Part shown: positions 18,359 through 27,637 of the stretch, in pieces
Layout of the letters: each line of letters opens with the position of its first letter
Position numbering within the stretch: position 1 is the stretch's first letter
Assembly: GCA_963977015.1 (NCBI GenBank)
Contig: CAXBMO010000002.1
Coordinates: 224,001 to 288,000 of the forward strand
Reading direction: 5' to 3'
DNA: 64,000 nt
Source of the DNA: an uncultured bacterium
GTDB lineage: Bacteria > Verrucomicrobiota > Verrucomicrobiia > Verrucomicrobiales > DEV007
Notes under the pieces: generated by a model
What the model saw: only the letters and a program-made list of their open reading frames with translations
The model's database searches: none
Told to the model about the DNA's origin: nothing
Translations under genes and position numbers: made by a program

Positions 18359-20440
18359 ATGAAATTCAGCATCAAGACAAGACTTGTTGCCATCCTTGTC
18401 CTTGCTGTGGCGCTGCCGAGCTTGGTTGGGCTCTTATTCATATGGCACCTGGGCACCCGTCAATTTCAGGTTCAAAAGGCGAATTTGTTTCGCACGAAAG
18501 CAGAATATTTGGCCGCAGATGTTCGAAACAAGATCGATCTTGAAGCCAGGCAGCTGAGCGACTGGATTGCGTTTTCTAATTTGGGAACCGAAGTCGTATC
18601 GTTGTCTGCAGCCGCCCCTGGTGTATTGATCGATGATCCGGAGTTTGTCGGGCAAATGGCCCAGATCGAAGAAGATTGGCCGAATTTACCGCTCGACTCG
18701 CCCCTCGTCGCTCGCGCACTGGGTTCGGAAAACCCCATTGCAAGGAAGATTCAAGCATTCCAGGCGCGTCACCCTCTGGTTGCCGAGATTTTGGTAACAG
18801 ACGCGATGGGCAGACTGGTTGCTGCATCGAATAAAAGTACGGATTACTGGCAGGCAGACGAGCAGTGGTGGCGCCAGGGGATGAAACTGCCGCCGGACAA
18901 GACCTGGGCGGAAGGAATCAATCTGGACGAAAGCGCCGGCAGCGTTCTGTCGCTGGACTTTTCGATCCCATTGCGACCATCTCCATCCACGGAGCCGGTT
19001 GGAGTTTTAAAGGCAGTTGTCGATGCATCTTCCCTCATTCGTTCGATATCGGGCCTGATTTCGAATTCAGACGAGAATTGGGATATTGTGATGGGCGACG
19101 GCAAAGTCTTGCAACGCCTCACATCGGATCAATTTTCGCCCTTTACACAGACTCTCGACGTGACTGAAATGTGGGAAATTCTGAACAACCCGGAACGCTG
19201 TCGGGTGGCCGCCTTAACGGCGGGAACCGTCGATTTGGCAGGGATTGCCCCGGTTTTTGCCGATTTTGAATCTGCGGAACAGCAGATGCCCGGACTGAAA
19301 CCCATGTTTGTCATCGTTCATCAAGAGTTGAACGAAGTGCTCAAGCCGATTCGAAATCACTTGAATGGCTATGTTCAGGCCGGGTTTGTGGTCGCGTTTG
19401 GTTTTATTCTTTTTGGTACGTGTCTTGCCAAATCTCGAATCGTCCGGCCCATCCACATGCTCCAAACTGCGGCGAGAGGTTTGGCGGCGGCGGCCCAACG
19501 GGAGGAACAAGTTCAGAATCCAGCCACCAACAACCCGGTTTCCGAAACGGAAACGTACCTTTCCCGGCTCGAAAGCATCAATAGCGGTGACGAAATTGAG
19601 AAGCTGGCTCACGATTTCTCGGTGATGGCGCGTCGCGTTCTCAACTATCACAGTCAGCTTCAGCAGGAAATTGAGGCACAGACTCACGAACTGATCGTCG
19701 CCAAAGACGCCGCAGAGGGCGCGAACCAAGCCAAAAGCACCTTTCTCGCGAACATGAGTCACGAGCTTCGTACGCCATTGAATGCGGTAATTGGTTATAG
19801 CGAAATGCTGGAAGAGGATGCGACGGAACAGAACCGGGAGAGTGATGTTCGGGATCTGCGGCGAATTCAGGACGCCGGGCATCACCTTCTTACCTTGATC
19901 AATGAAGTTCTTGATCTCTCCAAGGTTGAATCCGGGAGCATTCCGTTTCAGGCAGAAGTCTTTGAATTGGCCCCATTCATTCGCGACATCCTCTCTCAGT
20001 TGGAATCCGGTGCGAAGAAGAACGGAAATCGTCTGATTGCGGATTATCCCGAAGACATCGGCACCCTCAACACCGATCCAACGCGCCTTAAGCAGGTAAT
20101 TTTGAATCTTCTCTCCAATTCCATCAAATTTACGGAAAAAGGAACGGTGAAGCTTCAGGTGCAGCGTCTTGCGGCAATCGGCGAAGAAAGTGAACGGATT
20201 GCGTTCCGCGTTGAAGATACTGGTATCGGGATGACTCCCGATCAATTGGCGGTGGTCTTTGAGCCCTTCAGACAAGCGGATGTTTCAACCACTCGCAAAT
20301 ACGGAGGAACGGGTTTAGGATTGACAATCGCACAGCGATTCACCAAACTTTTGGGAGGAGAGATTGTGGCAACCAGTACCGAACATGATGGGTCTGTCTT
20401 CAGCTTTTCGATTCCGGTTGAAATGCCCGAGCAGAAATAA
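18359..20440 (+). CDS. Membrane sensor histidine kinase (Cache-like sensor, HAMP, HisKA, HATPase)
   Basis: Two TM helices; H-box [15 protein letters not shown]-box [14 protein letters not shown]-boxes DTGIG and GGTGLGL. Confidence 0.95.
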   Translation: MKFSIKTRLVAILVLAVALPSLVGLLFIWHLGTRQFQVQKANLFRTKAEYLAADVRNKIDLEARQLSDWIAFSNLGTEVVSLSAAAPGVLIDDPEFVGQMAQIEEDWPNLPLDSPLVARALGSENPIARKIQAFQARHPLVAEILVTDAMGRLVAASNKSTDYWQADEQWWRQGMKLPPDKTWAEGINLDESAGSVLSLDFSIPLRPSPSTEPVGVLKAVVDASSLIRSISGLISNSDENWDIVMGDGKVLQRLTSDQFSPFTQTLDVTEMWEILNNPERCRVAALTAGTVDLAGIAPVFADFESAEQQMPGLKPMFVIVHQELNEVLKPIRNHLNGYVQAGFVVAFGFILFGTCLAKSRIVRPIHMLQTAARGLAAAAQREEQVQNPATNNPVSETETYLSRLESINSGDEIEKLAHDFSVMARRVLNYHSQLQQEIEAQTHELIVAKDAAEGANQAKSTFLANMSHELRTPLNAVIGYSEMLEEDATEQNRESDVRDLRRIQDAGHHLLTLINEVLDLSKVESGSIPFQAEVFELAPFIRDILSQLESGAKKNGNRLIADYPEDIGTLNTDPTRLKQVILNLLSNSIKFTEKGTVKLQVQRLAAIGEESERIAFRVEDTGIGMTPDQLAVVFEPFRQADVSTTRKYGGTGLGLTIAQRFTKLLGGEIVATSTEHDGSVFSFSIPVEMPEQK

Positions 20441-20490
20441 ATAACTCCTGGCAAATTCAATCGGCATTTTCATTTTAACACCATTTAACA

Positions 20491-20862
20491 ATGGCCCGTA
20501 TCCTGCTAATCGAAGACAATCCAGATAACCTCGATATGTTGAAACGGCGGCTTGAGAAGCGGGGTTACGAAGTGCTTTGCGAAACGGACGGTCAGCAAGG
20601 CCTTCGTGTCGCTCAAACCGGGAATCCCGATTTGGTACTTCTCGACCTGAACCTTCCCGAACTGGATGGCTGGAAAGTCGTCGAAACCCTGAAAGCGGCC
20701 GATGAGACCAAATCGATTCCCGTGATCGCCGTTACCGCGTTCTGTCAGCCCGGTGATCGCGAAAACGCGCTCAGATCCGGCTGCGACGAATTCACCAGCA
20801 AGCCCGTTTTCATTGACGATTTGTTGCCAAAAATCGAACGTCTTCTGAGTGGTTCGCAGTAG
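20491..20862 (+). CDS. Single-domain response regulator (DivK/CheY-like)
   Basis: Motifs ILLIED, DLVLLDLNLP, VIAVTA and SKP. Confidence 0.95.
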   Translation: MARILLIEDNPDNLDMLKRRLEKRGYEVLCETDGQQGLRVAQTGNPDLVLLDLNLPELDGWKVVETLKAADETKSIPVIAVTAFCQPGDRENALRSGCDEFTSKPVFIDDLLPKIERLLSGSQ

Positions 20863-20930
20863 CAATCCACGAAACGGAGTCGCAGGCACGCGCTGTTGAC
20901 GTTGAAGTTCTCCCGGGCGAAGGGTTTTCC

Positions 20931-22139
20931 ATGCTCCTCGAAATGTCATCGCGCATTTTGCGCACGGTGGATCCCAAGATTCTTCGCAACTTCAATTGGA
21001 ATTTTGGAGTGAAAGGGATTCGATCCATCCAACTTTTCAAAAAACGCCTTAAGGAGGGAATCCATTTCCCGCCCTTTCTCTACATTTCGATTTTGAATAG
21101 CTGCAACCTGCGCTGCCAGGGCTGTTGGGTCGATGTCGACAAACCCCAGGTCAAAATCAACCTGGATGAGTTGAACCGAATCGTGAACGACGCCAGAGAG
21201 CACGGCAACAGCTTCTTCGGAATCCTGGGTGGCGAGCCATTCATGCACCCAGAATTGTTCGACTTTCTCGCCCAACACCCGGATTGCTTCTTTCAGGTCT
21301 TTACCAACGGCCAGTTGATCACGCCAAAGAATGCACGCCTCTTGCGCAAAGTCGCCAACGCGACCCCGCTGATTAGCATCGAAGGCAACGAGATTGTGTC
21401 GAACGAACGCCGCGGAAAGAACGACGTTTACAAGCGAACGTTGAAAGGATTGCAGAATTGCCTCGACGAGAAAATCATGACCGGAGTGGCGACCAGCGTC
21501 TGCCAAACGAACATCGATGAGTTGGTCACCGAAAGTTGGCTACGCCGCTTGATCGATATGGGCGTTCACTATGCGTGGTACCACACCTACCGCCCCGTCG
21601 GTCCACAAATTCACGAGGAACTGGCCCTGAGTGAGGAGCAGGCTCGCCGCGTTCGCGAATTTGTCGTGAACATGCGATGCAAACTTCCGATCGGAATCAT
21701 CGACGCTTACTATGATGGTGAGGGTCGGGCGGTATGCCCAATGGCAACCGGCATCAGCCACCACATCGGACCAACCGGCGGGATTGAACCCTGCCCGATC
21801 ATCCAATTTGCAACGGAGAGCGTTCGCGACCACGACGGAATTTATGACGCGCTGACAAAAAGCGAGTTCATGCGGGATTTCCGGGAAACCGCCGCAAAGA
21901 CGACGCGAGGATGCCTTGTGCTGGAGCGGCCTGACATTGTGAGCGACCTGGCCAAAAAGCACGGTGCCAAGGACACCACGATTCGACAGACAGCCCATGC
22001 CGAGCTCGCTAACATGTCCCCCAAGGGCAGCCAGCATCAGCCCGGCAAAGAGATCCCCGAGAAGCACTGGATGTATCGAATCGCCAAGCACTTCTGGTTC
22101 AACGATTTCGGAGTCTACTCAGACCAGAATACAGGTTAG
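20931..22139 (+). CDS. Radical SAM protein with SPASM/Twitch-like C-terminal region
   Basis: CNLRCQGC (CxxxCxxC), GGEPF and FTNG; later CPMATG...GGIEPCP and GC. Confidence 0.9.
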   Translation: MLLEMSSRILRTVDPKILRNFNWNFGVKGIRSIQLFKKRLKEGIHFPPFLYISILNSCNLRCQGCWVDVDKPQVKINLDELNRIVNDAREHGNSFFGILGGEPFMHPELFDFLAQHPDCFFQVFTNGQLITPKNARLLRKVANATPLISIEGNEIVSNERRGKNDVYKRTLKGLQNCLDEKIMTGVATSVCQTNIDELVTESWLRRLIDMGVHYAWYHTYRPVGPQIHEELALSEEQARRVREFVVNMRCKLPIGIIDAYYDGEGRAVCPMATGISHHIGPTGGIEPCPIIQFATESVRDHDGIYDALTKSEFMRDFRETAAKTTRGCLVLERPDIVSDLAKKHGAKDTTIRQTAHAELANMSPKGSQHQPGKEIPEKHWMYRIAKHFWFNDFGVYSDQNTG

Positions 22140-22220
22140 GACTGAGCCTGACTTTTTGCCATTCGGGAAGTGAAGGAGTTGCAATGACGTTGCGTCAAAA
22201 TTGCAACCCCCAATCCTCTC

Positions 22221-22946
22221 ATGGCAACTCAGACCTTCTCTCAATTTGTCGGAATCACTGCACCTTTAGATTTTCACCGGAGTCGTACCTTCCAGCGCCC
22301 CCGTCATGGCCAATCGGTCGACCTCCACCAGCTCAGCGAAAAATTCTTTGATCGAACGAAACCGTCCGAACTGCGAATTGAAAAAAATGGCCAAACATTT
22401 GGGTTGGCACGTTTTGAGACTGAGTATATGGCGAAGGATACTCCGGCAGGTTTTCGATACCTCCATGGCTTATCCTATGAACTAACCTTCAGTCCGGGAA
22501 TTGAGTTTTCAATCCTCCCCTTGGCGGCCAAGCTTTTTTTCGATGACTATTTCGGCCTGCGCGCTGTGAAGTTCGATGTGGCCCGGGATTTTGAGAAGGA
22601 ACATTTTGAAGCTGTGTTCGACCAACCCGCCCGGTTTCACCACATTCGAATGCGGATGCCCGAGCGGTCAAAAACAACGACTACTGGCAATGAACCTTGG
22701 CGGACGTGGTTTGCGTTGGCTTCGCAGGCAAGCCCAAGGTCGCTTGAAACCATCCTGCACAACATTCGGCCGGATATCCAGGCGCACTACGATCAAACGT
22801 ATGCAGGAACGATCGTCTCTGCAAAGCTCGGCCTGTTCCCGGTTCCCCTCAGTTTCTTTCTCGATGAGACTGGTGAGTTGATTCGGATTGACCAAATTCC
22901 TTCCCGTTCGGAAATCGTCCTCAACGCCCCTCCTTCGCCCCTGTAA
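22221..22946 (+). CDS. Hypothetical protein
   Basis: 241-aa ORF that fills the gap between recognised genes; no motif recognised. Confidence 0.6.
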   Translation: MATQTFSQFVGITAPLDFHRSRTFQRPRHGQSVDLHQLSEKFFDRTKPSELRIEKNGQTFGLARFETEYMAKDTPAGFRYLHGLSYELTFSPGIEFSILPLAAKLFFDDYFGLRAVKFDVARDFEKEHFEAVFDQPARFHHIRMRMPERSKTTTTGNEPWRTWFALASQASPRSLETILHNIRPDIQAHYDQTYAGTIVSAKLGLFPVPLSFFLDETGELIRIDQIPSRSEIVLNAPPSPL

Positions 22947-23052
22947 CGACGTCGGTTGAAAGCAATAGTGGAACAAACCAGAGAAATAAGCTCAGATTGA
23001 CACGCATCGTGGAGCGGGGCGAAGGCAACGCATGGGACCGCTCCTCGTAAAT

Positions 23053-23862
23053 TCAAATCTGCCCACGCATCTTTGCCCAGGCCAGCCCCATGTATTCGTA
23101 AAACGCCCCTTCACTTCGCCCAAATTTCGAGGCCTTGGGGAGAAGGCTTTTGGGGCCAAGCCGAAACCCCGCACCACTTGCCTCAAACATCACGGGAGCT
23201 GCAACCGGGCGTAGTCCAGCCTTGCGGAACAGTCCCGCCGCTCGTGGCATGTGAGATGCCGAGGTCACTAACAAAAACGGCTCTTCGCCCAACGTCTCTT
23301 TCAGAAACGCAACATGGTCCTTGGTATCTCGAGACTGGTTCTCCACAATCATGGACTCGCGCGAAACGCCCCAGGATTCCGCCACCTCAGCCATATCATC
23401 CGCGATGGCGATGAGCTGATTTTTGTTGGTCTTACCGCCGGTCACGATCAGTTTGGTATTCGGATAGAGCCGGTGCATCCGTAACCCCTCATTAAGCCTC
23501 GCCGTGGTTTTGGGACCAAGCCGTGAAGTCACGGGAAGATTGGGGTTCGCGGTGTGATCGCCACCTAGCACAACGACGTAGGCAGGCTTCCAACCCGCGA
23601 CGAATTGAGCCTCCGCGACTTCGGGCCCAAACGGCGGGTAATCGTTCTCCAACGAATGCAACATCATGTCCGGAAATGGTCCCGTTCCAAACACGAAAAA
23701 CATGACAACTCCCAAGGTTAGGCAAATCCTCCCCACCAAGCGGCGGCGCCAAGTCCGTGCAAACCACATCAACAAGACACCAGCCAGCAAAAAGTAGCCC
23801 ACCAGTGGCAACGGGAAGAGAAGCCTGGAGACGATTTTTTTGAAAGCAAAGACAAAGTCCAT
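23053..23862 (-). CDS. YdcF/ElyC (DUF218) family envelope biogenesis protein
   Basis: Two N-terminal TM helices; motifs VVVLGG, ARLNEG, IVTGG, ENQSRDT and LVTSASHMPRA. Confidence 0.9.
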   Translation of the reverse strand: MDFVFAFKKIVSRLLFPLPLVGYFLLAGVLLMWFARTWRRRLVGRICLTLGVVMFFVFGTGPFPDMMLHSLENDYPPFGPEVAEAQFVAGWKPAYVVVLGGDHTANPNLPVTSRLGPKTTARLNEGLRMHRLYPNTKLIVTGGKTNKNQLIAIADDMAEVAESWGVSRESMIVENQSRDTKDHVAFLKETLGEEPFLLVTSASHMPRAAGLFRKAGLRPVAAPVMFEASGAGFRLGPKSLLPKASKFGRSEGAFYEYMGLAWAKMRGQI

Positions 23863-24065
23863 CAGCGTTATCATGCCCGAGAGGTCGGCTAACGTCACCC
23901 AAAAACCTCGCCAACAATCAATTCCGCAGTTCACCAATCGGCACTCCCTTCATGAGGCAATGGTGATGGCGCCCCCACTTCCCGGCATCTGAATAAGAGC
24001 CCTCCAACTCCGCTCTCTCGCAGTCCTCTTCGAACGCTCTTCCCTTGGCGAAAACGGGTTTACAA

Positions 24066-25457
24066 CTATTGAGCGCCACTCCCCCTGAGAACCACGGGAA
24101 TGGTTTTCCAAAGTATCCTCAGGTCCATCCAGAGCGACCAATTGTCGATGTATTTGAGGTCCAAAGCGACCCAGTCATCAAATTTGGTGATCTTACTGCG
24201 CCCGCTAACTTGCCAAAGGCAGGTCAAACCGGGTTTGACACTGAGGCGGCGGCGCTGAGCTGACTTTTCGATTTTCTCCACTTCGTAAATCGGCAGGGGG
24301 CGAGGTCCGACGAGACTCATTTCGCCCTTTAGGATGTTGATGAGTTGAGGCAGCTCGTCGATGCTCATTTTCCGGAGGAATTTCCCAAACGAGAAGACTC
24401 TCGGATCATCCTCCATCTTGAATGCCGGGCCATCCTGCTCGTTCTGCTGGCTCATGGCTTTTTGCTGCAGTTCCGCATCCAGGCACATCGTCCGAAACTT
24501 GTACATCATAAACGGCTTGCCGTATCTGCCCCCCCGCTCCTGCTTGAAAATGACGGGTCCGGGAGAGGCCCGGCGAATGCCGACAGCGGCGATGAGCCAA
24601 ACGGGAGAGGTCAGGATCAACAAGACGAAGGCCACAACACGATCCAGCAGATTCTTTGCGAGCAGGGCCCAATAGTCTTCCGGAGTCATTCGAAAAACGA
24701 GCATCGGCAATCCACCAAGCACATCGAATCTGGGTTTGGCGTGCTCGGTGCGAAGAAACTCGGTCGAAAGCCAGGCTTCGACACCTTCCGTTTCGCAGGC
24801 TCGGACCGCTTCCTCCACCAGCTTGAAGCGCATGTGTTCCGCAGCAAGAATCACCCGTTCCACGTTTCGTTCACGGAAGAGTTCGGCCAATCGCTCCGCG
24901 GGTTTTTCCTCCAGATCCACCCGGCCCACCACGTCCATTTGATCGCGGCTGATTTCGGGAAGTTGATTCCAGACCGCATCAACATCACCATCTGATCCCG
25001 CCAAAACCACTCGAATCCGCAAATTCCCGAGTTGAACCTGCCGACGCATCCACGCTTTGAGCAACGCCTCCTTCATGAGAAGCAGAGCGGCGGAAATGGA
25101 CGCGAAGAGAAGCAACACGGCTCGGCTGTCAGCCACCCACTTGAAGAATATGATGCATCCGCCGACCACCAATCCCATCCAAACTCCGCTCTGGATCAGC
25201 TGGCGAAGCGAATCGGATGGTTTCTTCTGAAGCGGGTGATTGTAAAAACCGTGCAGCTCGAGCACGACCGGGGTAAAAGGAACCACGATTGCGATGACCC
25301 AGAGAAATTCGTGGAAGGGCCGAATGGGTTGGGTAATTTCGAACCAACCCGTCGCGTGCCAGCGGATGGAATGGCTAATCGCAAACGCACAAAAAAGAAG
25401 CAAGCTGTCCAAGAGCTGATGCAATTGCAGATTGAATTCCTGGCGTCGACCTAGCAT
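24066..25457 (-). CDS. Polyprenyl-phosphate glycosylphosphotransferase (WcaJ/WbaP-like priming transferase)
   Basis: Motifs YKFRTM, DDPRV, SIDELPQLINILKGEMSLVGPRP, KPGLTCLWQV and DLKYI. The ORF-track 5' extension overlaps aroD, so the start is placed at ATG 25457. Confidence 0.92.
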   Translation of the reverse strand: MLGRRQEFNLQLHQLLDSLLLFCAFAISHSIRWHATGWFEITQPIRPFHEFLWVIAIVVPFTPVVLELHGFYNHPLQKKPSDSLRQLIQSGVWMGLVVGGCIIFFKWVADSRAVLLLFASISAALLLMKEALLKAWMRRQVQLGNLRIRVVLAGSDGDVDAVWNQLPEISRDQMDVVGRVDLEEKPAERLAELFRERNVERVILAAEHMRFKLVEEAVRACETEGVEAWLSTEFLRTEHAKPRFDVLGGLPMLVFRMTPEDYWALLAKNLLDRVVAFVLLILTSPVWLIAAVGIRRASPGPVIFKQERGGRYGKPFMMYKFRTMCLDAELQQKAMSQQNEQDGPAFKMEDDPRVFSFGKFLRKMSIDELPQLINILKGEMSLVGPRPLPIYEVEKIEKSAQRRRLSVKPGLTCLWQVSGRSKITKFDDWVALDLKYIDNWSLWMDLRILWKTIPVVLRGSGAQ

Positions 25458-25524
25458 GAAAAATTCCCGATGTATTTCGGGTATATTAAATAAATCCTCT
25501 ATTCTTGTTTTTACAATTTTTATT

Positions 25525-26208
25525 ATGTTTTCAATCCAGCCATCAGGAAATGTGGTCGCAACCATCACGACCAGCGAAGATCTGGAGATTTTGGCAACCG
25601 GGCAGCTTCCCTCCGGCATCGACGTGTTGGAGTTTCGTCTGGACAATTTGTTTGCGGATCTGGATGCCGCGGAAGAGATCGCCAAGAACTGCGAATTACC
25701 GATTCTGATCACGGCCCGAAATCCGAATGAAGGCGGCGTAAACGATTTGTCGGAGCCCCAGCGCTTGGAACTGCTGCAGCGATTCCTGCCCTGCGCCAAA
25801 CTGATCGATGTTGAAATTCAAACGCTTCAAGCGTCAGAACCAGCTCGAAACCTGGTTCAGGCTGCCCGGAAATCCGGAATCATCGCGGTGGGCTCGTTTC
25901 ATGACTTTGAGAAGACGCCTCCCCTTCCCGTTATTCAGGAGACCTTGCGAAAAGGACGCGATTTGGGCGTCGACGTCTCCAAGCTTGCTCTCTTCCTCGA
26001 CAAGATGGGAGACCTGTTCGAGCTCGCTGCAATCGTCGAACAGAGTCCCGCCCCGGTCAGCGCGATGGGGATGGGGCCTCTGGGCAAACTCTCGCGCTTG
26101 GTATTGGCAAAAGCGGGTTCGTGCCTAAATTACGGTTACTTTCGCAATCCGAATGCTCCAGGCCAGTGGTCAGCCGAGGATCTGAAGCGGCTGATTGACG
26201 ATCTTTAG
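25525..26208 (+). CDS. aroD: Type I 3-dehydroquinate dehydratase
   Basis: Motifs LEFRLD, TARNPNEGG, IDVE, SFHDFEKTP, SKLA, MGMGPLGKLSR and APGQ. Confidence 0.93.
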   Translation: MFSIQPSGNVVATITTSEDLEILATGQLPSGIDVLEFRLDNLFADLDAAEEIAKNCELPILITARNPNEGGVNDLSEPQRLELLQRFLPCAKLIDVEIQTLQASEPARNLVQAARKSGIIAVGSFHDFEKTPPLPVIQETLRKGRDLGVDVSKLALFLDKMGDLFELAAIVEQSPAPVSAMGMGPLGKLSRLVLAKAGSCLNYGYFRNPNAPGQWSAEDLKRLIDDL

Positions 26209-26214
26209 GAGCAA

Positions 26215-26484
26215 TCAGTCCTTCAACTCCTGCTCCAGCCTCTCGCTCAACCATTGCTTCATCATGCTCTGGTAGTTCAAGTAGCGGGAACGGGCAATCC
26301 GCTTGATCCTTGCGAGCATTCGCGGATCAAAGCGAAGCGTAATCGTCGTCGACTCACGAACTGTTTGCTTGTGCACCGCCGTGTTCATGAGCCGGGTGTC
26401 GAGCGAGTGCTCGCTCCAGTAGGAAGCTTCGTCGGTTTCCTCGTCAAATTCGGGAATTTCTTCCCAATGTTCCAAAACTTTCAT
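26215..26484 (-). CDS. CopG/BrnA-like ribbon-helix-helix antitoxin
   Basis: IPEF...EASYW N-terminus and TITLRF...IKRIARSRYLNYQSMMKQWL; directly downstream of a BrnT-like gene. Confidence 0.8.
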   Translation of the reverse strand: MKVLEHWEEIPEFDEETDEASYWSEHSLDTRLMNTAVHKQTVRESTTITLRFDPRMLARIKRIARSRYLNYQSMMKQWLSERLEQELKD

Positions 26485-26762
26485 TACTGCATCTCCGCGT
26501 TTTTACGCTCGTAGAAGTTAAGTTCCGTTTCCGTCATTTCCCGGGAAAAGATGACCCGATAGTGTTTCCCGTCGGTCCAGAACACACTGAAAATCGGGCG
26601 ATTACCGAGCGTTTTCCCCAGGCAGAAATAACGGGCGTCACGGGCATCGTCAGCAAATTCCGGCAACAACCGAATCGAGAAGGGATCCTCGAAGGATTCT
26701 TCAATATCTCGCTCGGTGATTTCACTGAGGTCAAATGGGAGGTCTAGCCAATCAAATTCCAT
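26484..26762 (-). CDS. BrnT family toxin
   Basis: MEFDW...EESFEDP...RYFCLGKT...SVF...RVIFSREMTETE..FY; 1-nt overlap with the antitoxin gene. Confidence 0.8.
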   Translation of the reverse strand: MEFDWLDLPFDLSEITERDIEESFEDPFSIRLLPEFADDARDARYFCLGKTLGNRPIFSVFWTDGKHYRVIFSREMTETELNFYERKNAEMQ

Positions 26763-26846
26763 TTCGGAAGTCTAAGAAATCTCGGTTTCCAAGCGGTTTC
26801 TCTAACTATCCGGGCGATCAGCCCCGAAAGCAAGTGATCCTCCTTC

Positions 26847-27560
26847 TCAACGCCCAGAAGAAAAGAATCCGACCAGAATTTTCGGCAAGGTCGAAAATCC
26901 TGAGGACAGAAACCCGGCAGCCACCGCGAAACCGGTCAGCACCAGGGTGGAGAGCGTGACGACGATCACTCCGACGTGGGACAGAAACGTGGGCTTCTCA
27001 AACTCAAGATCGATTTTCTCCAATGCCGGGTCCCAGGGATTGAAGAAAATCCCCTGATTGAGGGACGCAAAAACAACAATCAACCCGAGAAATACCAAGT
27101 GTCCGCGTCCCTTTGCCCGGTGCCACTCATTCAATGTGTGATGAGCCGTTCCGGCGATAAAGGCGACAGCCAGCGCTCCAATCACGGCAATCAGGGCCCG
27201 CTCCCAATGAATCACCTCGGCGTAGCGGGAGTTCGTTAATCCGAGCAGATAAAAACCAGCAACATAGCCGGCAAACAGCAGGAACAGCGTCGTATAGCGA
27301 ATCACCGTGATCCGCTGGCGCTTGCCTTGATGCACTTTCAGATTTGAGGCCGCTGAAAGCTCGTTTGCCCCAGCTTGCTCTTTGGCGATCTCTCCACTGA
27401 CTTCGGGATACTTTGAAATAATCAGCAACCGCTCCTTCACGAACTCCTCATCCGAAACTTTACCGGCCTTGTGGGCAGTCTCCAGCTTTTGAAGCTGAAA
27501 CGCCATGTATTCACCCAATTCGGGGGTGTAGGAGCCTGGAGCTTCCACGAGAGATGTCAT
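26847..27560 (-). CDS. Hypothetical membrane protein (SHOCT-like motif plus about 4 TM helices)
   Basis: GKVSDEEFVKERLLII resembles SHOCT; four hydrophobic segments follow. Start uncertain (27560 or 27587). Confidence 0.6.
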   Translation of the reverse strand: MTSLVEAPGSYTPELGEYMAFQLQKLETAHKAGKVSDEEFVKERLLIISKYPEVSGEIAKEQAGANELSAASNLKVHQGKRQRITVIRYTTLFLLFAGYVAGFYLLGLTNSRYAEVIHWERALIAVIGALAVAFIAGTAHHTLNEWHRAKGRGHLVFLGLIVVFASLNQGIFFNPWDPALEKIDLEFEKPTFLSHVGVIVVTLSTLVLTGFAVAAGFLSSGFSTLPKILVGFFSSGR

Positions 27561-27637
27561 TTCTTCAGAGATGCCTGAAATTCCCAAAACTCACCGACCT
27601 CGGCAAGCCTAATTCCACATCAATCAGAGCACAATTC

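Noticed and set aside
18359..20862. PleC/DivK-type cell-cycle module
   Set aside because: The similarity is generic to kinase and single-domain receiver families; nothing specific supports a cell-cycle role.
25458..25799. 5' extension of the sugar-transferase ORF to 577 aa
   Set aside because: It overlaps aroD on the opposite strand and crosses an AT-rich promoter region; ATG 25457 is the better start.
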